Below are positions 51,588 through 59,115 of a stretch of 61,642 bases of DNA, one piece after another; position 1 is the first letter of the stretch, and each line of letters starts with the position of its first letter. The notes below the pieces were generated by a model, which was not told the origin of the DNA, searched no databases, and saw only the letters and a program-made list of their open reading frames with translations. Source of the stretch: an uncultured Spirochaetota bacterium (GTDB lineage: Bacteria; Spirochaetota; Spirochaetia; SZUA-6; Fen-1364). Location of the stretch: contig CAWJSK010000008.1 of assembly GCA_963845535.1 (NCBI GenBank), positions 1-61,642 of the forward strand. Direction: 5' to 3'. A program made the position numbers and the translations under genes.

Positions 51588-51609
51588 AGATATTCCTCTT
51601 CATAGTTGA

Positions 51610-51625
51610 GGCAAGAATCATGCCA
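51610..51625 (-). promoter_or_regulatory. sigma54 -24/-12 promoter upstream of the activator itself
   Basis: TGGCATGATTCTTGC, 23 bp before the ATG. Confidence 0.75.
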
Positions 51626-51898
51626 GCGTAGTTGCAACAATGGGAATCAAATATGGCCCTCGGGCGATATTTCCTTGCCAAATAGAGTCCTACCTCCCAA
51701 TTGAAACTTGATCGCCTGGATAGGATTCACTAGGCTATCCTTGGCAATCTTAAAAAAAGTAAATGAAAGTTGATTCATCGACAACTTCGTGCGATTACCG
51801 GTTGTGGCAGCGCGGCTATTTTGCTGTTAGCCCTATCGAACCTCAAGGAGAAGAGCGATAATCCTCGTCGTCGAGTTCGCACGCGACAACGGCGAGCC

Positions 51899-54800
51899 TC
51901 ACGCGGATCCTCTTTCATGACTACTGGGAAAAAGTACCCTCACCGTGGTACCCACCCCAAGTCGAGACTGGATCTCAAGCTGCCCTTTGTACTCCTCAAC
52001 GATGCTCTTGCACACCGCAAGCCCCAGTCCCGTCCCTCCCTTCTCCCGCTTCGTCGTGAAAAACGGTTCCGTGATCCGGCCAAGCAGCTCCTCCGATATC
52101 CCACACCCTTCGTCGCTCAGCTCAAACCCCACCCGCTGCCCCTCACTGTCCGATGCCCATCTCAGTACAATCCCCTGCTCCGTGCTCCCCAACGATTCAC
52201 AGGCATTCAATATCAAGTTCATTACAACTTGTTCGATCTTTGTTGCCTGACCACTGATCAGCGCCTGCCCCGCTGAAAGCTCATCCTTGAACCTTCGCGT
52301 GTACCGCCTGATGACCGGCTCCATCACCGAAACCGTATTGTGAAGCACTTCTGCCAAATCGATCGGCCCCATCGCTCTGGAGCTGGATTCGGTCCCACTC
52401 AATCGAAACTGGTTCACGTACAGGTCGATCTTGCCCGCCGAGTCTTGGATCGTTCGAAGGGCATGCTGCGCGGAGGCAAGAGCCGCAGTATTATCCGACT
52501 GCTCCCGCAACGAATCGATATCATTGCGCATCAGATCGGCGGACATACGAATCGCGTGGTTGACGTTCTTGATCTCGTGTGCCGTCTCTGCCGCCAGTTT
52601 TCCTAGCAGTGTCAGACGATGCAGCCGCAGGGCGACCGTCAGGTACTCGTTGCTATTGCTATCCGTTGCCGGCTTGTCAGGCGTTTCCAGTCCATACTGA
52701 GAGCGGATGGCGTTCACGCTGGAGTTCATATCGCAAGCAGCGAAGCCTTGCATGGCACGCTCCAGATAGGCCTGCGCGATTTGCTGTTCGGATTGCTCCC
52801 AGAACAGATCCCCCGTTCTCCAATCCACCAGAGCCGCCAGGACTGGGCGATCCAGTCGATGGAACTCCGCGCGCGCCTTCTGGTATAACAGCAGGGCGCT
52901 ATCGCGCAGTCCTTTCCTCCGTGCTCTCTCGGCGTCTACATGTGTCAGGTAGGGTTGAAATTCTATGAAGTTGTGCTTGGCGGTCGATTCCAGGATTCGG
53001 TATGGAACCTTGATTGAGTCGGAGCTATCGCCGAGAATGCGCGCAATACATTCGATGTACCCATCGAAGATCCTAGGAATCCAATAGGATGTATCCCGTG
53101 GCACCTCTGCGGCGCTCAGAACGTAGTCACGGGCCTTTTTCCAGTTGCCGACAAGAAGCGCGAAGAGTGCTTGTATGAACCTGAACCCCGATTCGACGAA
53201 GAACTCCTTTCTCTTGTGCAAGTCTTTAAAAAAACCCGCCTCTTCTAAAGGGTCCGCGAACAAGAGATAAGGCTCCTTGCCACCTGATATCATAGGCTCA
53301 AAATTATGATCGAGAAGTTTGAGGACCGTCGCTAATCCAACGTTCCCCCTTTCTTCAGCAATCGCAGCATGATGCTGAAGCTCTTTATATACGAATGCGA
53401 TTGATACATTGGACCAAAAGTAGATGAGTCGCAGGTCCATTTTGACAATTGTCTCAACTTCCGGATCCGAGAGACTGTCGTTCAGAGTGACCAACCGCTG
53501 ATACGACGCCCACATTTCTTTCACCCCTGATATGTGAGGGAGGTAGAACAAGGTGTAGAGGAATTCAAACCGGGCATTCCAGAAAGGATTGCCTGTCAGG
53601 GGCTGCTTTTCGTTGGCAAGCACGGAGAGACTCACGGACGGCCGTATGGCAAATCTAGGCAGGTTCTGGAACATCCCAGCAACTGCGCCCGCCATCGGGA
53701 AATTGAAGGATTGTCTTTGCACCAAAGAGGAGAACACGAATAAAAGCCCTATGGCTGCCGAGAGCGTATGATAGTGTTGGAACACGAAAAACAATAAGGC
53801 AATGTGGAGGTGCTCGGTCAATTGCCTCCGCCGGGATACTCTCGCGGGGGAAAGTTTTTTCATGCGGTGCATGAGCAAAGGGATCAGCAATGCATAAATG
53901 AATCCGACCCCGGCGGGCCCCAGGACGCTTAGCAGTCTTGCCGGCCACAAAACGCTGGCAAAGCTTTTGATCCGCTTGAAAATGGCCGTAAAGTTGCGCG
54001 CAACGTAGAAACACCGACAGAGCATCAATTCTCGCTGAGTTCGCAGCACTGGGGCAACGTTGTTGCCCATCCCTTGCAGAAACTGAATACATTTGGCGAT
54101 CTCTCCGCTCTCGAAGGCTACCTCGGCACTCATCATCCATATCTCGTGAGGCACGGCCAATCCCTGCTCGGTCATAAATGCTCTAAGAATATCCAGGGTG
54201 TCTCGCGCTCCCGAAAGGTTCATCATCCTCCTCATGAGATTTGAGGATGCCAAGAACAGTTGCTTGGCAGAAGCGAGCTCCTCCGCCGTGAGGTGCAAAC
54301 TGTCGTGGCCCCTTCGAAAGAATGCTGGAAACATGAGAAGCCGTTCCTGTGTTTGAGACTTTCCCCTGATAATGTGCAGCACGGCCTTTGATGAGACTGT
54401 GGAATTGAGTAAAGGATCAATGGATCGCAACATAGCATCTCGAATTAGGTCATGAATCCAGATGCAACTCTCCCCTGACTCCTTCACGAATCGCAGCTGA
54501 GCTCCTTCCGAGGCCAATTGATCCAAGTCCGGGTTCAAACCGGAGCATTCCAGCGCCATGGTAGTCCGAAAGGTTGACCCCAGAATTGAACCTGCTTCCA
54601 AAAAGAGGCGGACCTCAGGCTGGAGATCTCGGACCTTCTGATCGAGCCAGGTATCGAGGGACACGCGGACCATCTCTGAGGCCTGCTGGTGACTTATGGC
54701 TCGCAGAATCTCGTGTAAGTGAAGAGGATTACCTTTAGCATGCTCACAGAGCTCCCCATAAAACTCGAGTCGCTGGGCGCTCTCTGATGGGAAAAGCTGG

Positions 54801-55477
54801 CCGATCCATAGTCGCACTTCTTCTGACGAGAAGGGTGCCAGCGCTATTCTGTCCAGTAACCACTTCCCTGCCAGTTCGCATTCGGTCAACGACTCGCGGC
54901 TCGTGGCAATGCAGAGCATAGGAATCTTATCCTGGGAAAGCTGCAAAAGCAGTCCCCGCAGCGGCAAGTCCGCCAAATGCAAATTCTCCACTGTGAACAG
55001 AATCGTTCCGTAGCATCGTGACCATACAAGAATCAGGGACTTGAGCAGCTGGAGAAACCTTCGGTTGAGTTGCTCCCCATCCAAGAGCATGGCGATAGGC
55101 TGGAACCAGGAGTTGCCAGCAAAGTTCGGGAAAACCTCTCGAATTCCACTCCCCTCCCGCCCCAGACTCGCAAGGAGGTCTTTCTTCCATTGCAAGCTAT
55201 CTTCAGCGAACTCTTTCAGCACGAGCTGGAATGCCTCGATCAGAGTGGAGGTTGTGGCTCCCAAATTCCCCGAGAAATCCACTTTGATATGGACTGCTGG
55301 TTGAGTTCGCTCGACCCATTCATTCAGAATCGTTGTCTTTCCACTGCCAGGACCGCCGCTTATGAAAACAAGAACAGCCTGTTTCGAATTGGCCGCCTCC
55401 CACGCTCGATCCAGTCTGGACAACTCTTCACTGCGATCAAGCAAAGGTACCGATTTTTGCATGTTATGTAGTTCCAT
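51899..55477 (-). CDS. STAND-type AAA ATPase / helical repeat / histidine kinase hybrid
   Basis: LLDRSEEL, GGPGSGKT, VENLHLAD and GNPL; AHEIKN, NLILNA, DEGCGI, PFFTTK and GTGLGL. Confidence 0.9.
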   Translation of the reverse strand: MELHNMQKSVPLLDRSEELSRLDRAWEAANSKQAVLVFISGGPGSGKTTILNEWVERTQPAVHIKVDFSGNLGATTSTLIEAFQLVLKEFAEDSLQWKKDLLASLGREGSGIREVFPNFAGNSWFQPIAMLLDGEQLNRRFLQLLKSLILVWSRCYGTILFTVENLHLADLPLRGLLLQLSQDKIPMLCIATSRESLTECELAGKWLLDRIALAPFSSEEVRLWIGQLFPSESAQRLEFYGELCEHAKGNPLHLHEILRAISHQQASEMVRVSLDTWLDQKVRDLQPEVRLFLEAGSILGSTFRTTMALECSGLNPDLDQLASEGAQLRFVKESGESCIWIHDLIRDAMLRSIDPLLNSTVSSKAVLHIIRGKSQTQERLLMFPAFFRRGHDSLHLTAEELASAKQLFLASSNLMRRMMNLSGARDTLDILRAFMTEQGLAVPHEIWMMSAEVAFESGEIAKCIQFLQGMGNNVAPVLRTQRELMLCRCFYVARNFTAIFKRIKSFASVLWPARLLSVLGPAGVGFIYALLIPLLMHRMKKLSPARVSRRRQLTEHLHIALLFFVFQHYHTLSAAIGLLFVFSSLVQRQSFNFPMAGAVAGMFQNLPRFAIRPSVSLSVLANEKQPLTGNPFWNARFEFLYTLFYLPHISGVKEMWASYQRLVTLNDSLSDPEVETIVKMDLRLIYFWSNVSIAFVYKELQHHAAIAEERGNVGLATVLKLLDHNFEPMISGGKEPYLLFADPLEEAGFFKDLHKRKEFFVESGFRFIQALFALLVGNWKKARDYVLSAAEVPRDTSYWIPRIFDGYIECIARILGDSSDSIKVPYRILESTAKHNFIEFQPYLTHVDAERARRKGLRDSALLLYQKARAEFHRLDRPVLAALVDWRTGDLFWEQSEQQIAQAYLERAMQGFAACDMNSSVNAIRSQYGLETPDKPATDSNSNEYLTVALRLHRLTLLGKLAAETAHEIKNVNHAIRMSADLMRNDIDSLREQSDNTAALASAQHALRTIQDSAGKIDLYVNQFRLSGTESSSRAMGPIDLAEVLHNTVSVMEPVIRRYTRRFKDELSAGQALISGQATKIEQVVMNLILNACESLGSTEQGIVLRWASDSEGQRVGFELSDEGCGISEELLGRITEPFFTTKREKGGTGLGLAVCKSIVEEYKGQLEIQSRLGVGTTVRVLFPSSHERGSA

Positions 55478-55841
55478 CGCTTGCTGGAGAAGCTCCTCGG
55501 GATTCTGTTTCCCTGCCCGACGATCTGATCGATCTGGAAATCCTCTGATCCGGTCTAAGAAATAAAACAGCTTCGCTCATATTTTCCTGGTTGTTCATTT
55601 TCTTTTCCCCAATAACTGCATCAACATTCGTCACAGGAGAATAATACGTTTAGGAAATACGTGTTATCAACTTCCTATTTTTCGTTGGCTACAATCCACC
55701 GAGGCGGATAGATAATAAGCAGGGGGCAACCGGACACCGAGTTTCAGGCCGTTTGTAATCTTTTAGGAATCACCTCACGAAACGGAAAAATCCTACGCTT
55801 AGTTTAGAACCCTCCGGAGACCCACTTGGAAGCGCCGTTTC

Positions 55842-55864
55842 GGGGTAGGGGATGGGGTGGGGGG
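55842..55864 (+). other. Putative G-quadruplex motif
   Basis: GGGG-TA-GGGG-AT-GGGG-T-GGGGGG. Confidence 0.65.
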
Positions 55865-55992
55865 CAAAGCGATCTTTGATTGATGATACTAGTGTCGCGT
55901 CTCAGAGATAGCTTGAGAAAGTCTTTTGATCTTCTCAAGGATTGAGTCTGCTGTCGCTATCCAAACGAAGGGTTTGGCGCGATGATTGTAGT

Positions 55993-56251
55993 TATGGATA
56001 TGGCAAATACTGGACGTCACTATCCTATGACGCTACCGGCCAGTACATAGCGGCATCCGCGTCGAGTGGCACCGTATAGACATCGTCTAACTCTGGAACC
56101 TCGTTTTCATCAGGTACTGGCTTACCGTCTGGGGTTTCTTGGACGTGCGTGGCGAGCGACGGCAGCGGATGCTATTTGACGGTGGGCGTCTACGCAGGTC
56201 CACATCTACACCTCGCAAAATCAGGGGGCTACCTGGAACGTGGGCCTGTAG
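55993..56251 (+). pseudogene. BNR/Asp-box beta-propeller gene remnant
   Basis: WTSLSYDATGQYIAASASSGTV*TSSNSGTSF...WTCVASDGSG.YLTVGVY/HIYTSQNQGATW; in-frame TAG at 56077 plus a frameshift. Confidence 0.75.
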
Positions 56252-56325
56252 TCAGCAGGACGGCTTACGGACAAGTCTCAACAACAGCATCGTCGACATT
56301 CGCTGTCGGCAATGCTACTCCGTTG

Positions 56326-59016
56326 CTACTTCACCGGCTGGCCCAGGATGAACGTGGAGAGCCGGCCCAGGTCGATGTACTTGGCGAACGCCACCTGGAT
56401 CTGTGCCGCCGTGACGCTCTCATATGCGCGAGCAACCACGTAGAGCCTGTCAAGGGACAGCCCTTCTTCGCTGTACCCTATCCAGTGGCTGGCAATATCG
56501 GAGGCTGTCTGGTTGGTCAGCTCGATCTGCCGTAGCGCCTGCGCCTTGGCGAGGTGCAGGTCCGCGTCACTCATGGGATGGTCCGCCATGTCCTTGATGA
56601 CTTGCAGCGCAATCTGCTTGGCTTCCTGAACTTTCTCAGGGTAGGCGCCAAAGCTCAGCGTGAATGTGCCCCGCGTGCGCGCGAACTCCGCGGATGACCC
56701 CACGCCGTAGACCAGGCCGCGCTTCACGCGCAGCTCGCGGTACAGCGGGCTCGCAAAGCTATCTCCACCCAGGAACATGTTCCCAACCGCAAGGGCGTAG
56801 TGGACGGGATCCTCATAGGTGAGCGGCAGCGTCTCGGCAAGGACGACCTCGTCCTGCTGGCGAACCTCATCCGGGACGAACACATCGTGGGCCTGCGAGG
56901 GAGGGACGGAAGCGTAGTCCAGCTTCGGCTTGGGGCCGCGTGCCTGCCACGCGCCAAAGTACTTTTCAACGACTTGCCGCGCCGCGGCGGGATCGATTTT
57001 TCCCATGATGACGATCGTGGTTTCATCAGGACGGACCACGGCGCCGTGGTATGCTCTCACATCGTCTATCGTGAGCGACCGGATGGATTCAGGGGTCGGC
57101 CGGCGCAGTGATGGGTCACCCTCCGGCGACAGGCCTTTCTGCACGGCAAGCCTGAACTGGTATACGGGACTCCTCATCTTGCCCGCGGCCTGCTGGGCTT
57201 GCAGCGGCTGCTGGCTTGAAAAACCATCTTGCGGGAGCGCAGGGTCCAGGAGGTCCTTGGACAACAGCTCAATCCCCTTGTCGAAATACTCCGGCAGCAC
57301 CTGGAGGGAGAACCCCGTTCCCACGGAGTACTCCGCGCCACTGGAATCCATGGCCGCCTCGAAATCGGATCTGCTCATGCCCCGCGGCCCCCAGTCAAAC
57401 AACGCGTTGAGCATGTCGCTGACGCCGTCTTTGCCGGCAGGAGCCTGCAAGTCCTCGTTGGTATGAACACTTCCGCTCAGGCTGACGGCGTTTCCTGTTG
57501 CAAGGGGCTGGACGATCAGTCTCAGGCCGTTTGACAGGTCGAAAACAGTGGGCTTGAACAAGGGATCAGGGTGCGGGAGCTTTGCGAGCGCCTGCTCCGC
57601 CCACGCGGGCAGGGCCACGGGCTTTTCCGGTGTCGAGGCGAAAGACTCCGGAGTCCCGAACACCTGTCCGCCTTGCGGCGCCTGCCCACTGGGGGCGGGG
57701 GTGAGAACCATCGTGATGGCGTGATCGAAATCGAGGAGCTTTGCCGCGGCGTCATTGACCGCCTTTGCGTCCACACTCTGGAGCATGGCGACTCCCTCAT
57801 CCGGTGATTTCAATCCCTCCAGGGCAATGGCATCCGTCCAGAGCTGGGCCAGACCCGAGACAGAATCTTCGCGCAGCTCGTTATCGAGGACCGTCCTCTT
57901 GCGCTCGGCCTCGATGAGATCCGCGGGAATCCCTGACTGCGCCTGTTGGATGGCGGCCTTCAGTTCTTCCTTGAGGGCATCGGTATCTCCCCCTTGTGGA
58001 AACGCGGCCCATGCCGTGGCGTACCCAGTGTCCGGGAACGTCTGCTGGAAGAAGCCCGCATCAAGGGCCTTTCCTTCATACGCCAGGCTGCTGATGGGGC
58101 CGCGGGGAGAGTTCAGGACCTGCGCAAGGACCTCAGCCGCGGCGTAGTCAGCGCTGCGATACCCCGGCGCGCGGAAAGTGTAGGAGACGAACCCGTAGGG
58201 TTGATCTGTTGTCGAGGAAATTGTCTCCGATGGCACCGGCTGAAGCGCGATAGGCGGTTTGACGGGAGCTTGCCTGCGAGGAATGGCGCCGAAAAGGCGC
58301 TGCACTTTCACGTACACCGCCTGGGGGTCTACGTCCCCGGCAATCACCAACAGCGCGTTGCTCGGTGTGTACCAGGTATCATGGAACGACTTCAGCAGGT
58401 CCGCCGTGGTCTGGTCGAAAGACTCCTTTGTGCCGAGCCCGGTGTCCGCGTACGGCGTGCCCGCAAAGATGCGCTCACGCGCTTTTGCCTGGAGCACGAA
58501 CATGGGGCTCGAGTTGTCCCGTGCCACTTCCTGTTCGATGGCGCCGCGCTCCTTCTCCCAGTCCGTCTGCGTGTCGTCGACACCGGCCATGCGGAGCGCT
58601 TCGATCCTCATGGTGAGGTCGAGGTCATCCGCGGGGACAGTGAAGTAGTACGTCGTTGTTGTGGACGTCGTGTACGCGTCCATGTCTCCACCTAGCTGAG
58701 CGGAGATCCCCGAAAGCTGGTCTCCCGCCAGGCCCGGAGAGCCGCGGAACATCATGTGCTCGGTTGCATGGGCCATCCCGGGGAACCCCTGGGGGGACTG
58801 GTTGGCACCCACCATGTAGGTGACCTGCTGGGTCACCACCGGAGCAAGCGGGTCGCGCACAATCACGACCTGCAGGCCGTTGTCCAGTGTCTTGTTCAGG
58901 ACACTGGGGGCCGAGGCCTGGTTTTGCGGGAGATTGGCGCATCCGTTTGCAATCAGGAACAGGACAGACAGGCTGATCAGCGCCCGAGGAACGAACCGGA
59001 TTTTTCGACTTTTCAT
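56326..59016 (-). CDS. M16 (pitrilysin/PqqL-like) zinc peptidase, predicted lipoprotein
   Basis: HATEH inverted zinc motif, duplicated LxNGL halves, ELRVKRGLVY and IANGC lipobox. Confidence 0.93.
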   Translation of the reverse strand: MKSRKIRFVPRALISLSVLFLIANGCANLPQNQASAPSVLNKTLDNGLQVVIVRDPLAPVVTQQVTYMVGANQSPQGFPGMAHATEHMMFRGSPGLAGDQLSGISAQLGGDMDAYTTSTTTTYYFTVPADDLDLTMRIEALRMAGVDDTQTDWEKERGAIEQEVARDNSSPMFVLQAKARERIFAGTPYADTGLGTKESFDQTTADLLKSFHDTWYTPSNALLVIAGDVDPQAVYVKVQRLFGAIPRRQAPVKPPIALQPVPSETISSTTDQPYGFVSYTFRAPGYRSADYAAAEVLAQVLNSPRGPISSLAYEGKALDAGFFQQTFPDTGYATAWAAFPQGGDTDALKEELKAAIQQAQSGIPADLIEAERKRTVLDNELREDSVSGLAQLWTDAIALEGLKSPDEGVAMLQSVDAKAVNDAAAKLLDFDHAITMVLTPAPSGQAPQGGQVFGTPESFASTPEKPVALPAWAEQALAKLPHPDPLFKPTVFDLSNGLRLIVQPLATGNAVSLSGSVHTNEDLQAPAGKDGVSDMLNALFDWGPRGMSRSDFEAAMDSSGAEYSVGTGFSLQVLPEYFDKGIELLSKDLLDPALPQDGFSSQQPLQAQQAAGKMRSPVYQFRLAVQKGLSPEGDPSLRRPTPESIRSLTIDDVRAYHGAVVRPDETTIVIMGKIDPAAARQVVEKYFGAWQARGPKPKLDYASVPPSQAHDVFVPDEVRQQDEVVLAETLPLTYEDPVHYALAVGNMFLGGDSFASPLYRELRVKRGLVYGVGSSAEFARTRGTFTLSFGAYPEKVQEAKQIALQVIKDMADHPMSDADLHLAKAQALRQIELTNQTASDIASHWIGYSEEGLSLDRLYVVARAYESVTAAQIQVAFAKYIDLGRLSTFILGQPVK

Positions 59017-59115
59017 CGAAGGGAAAATACCCTCAATTGAGGGGCCAGACAAGGGAACTCAGAGGCCCAGGCATCGCGGCATCCTACCGGGGACTGCTCG
59101 AAGCCGCGAACGCAG

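Noticed and set aside
55478..55600. N-terminal extension of the STAND kinase via a frameshift from an upstream ATG
   Set aside because: Possible, but the extension has no recognisable motif to support it
47296..56325. Calling the AT-richer island a mobile element
   Set aside because: No integrase, transposase or flanking direct repeats seen; only composition and remnants suggest foreign origin
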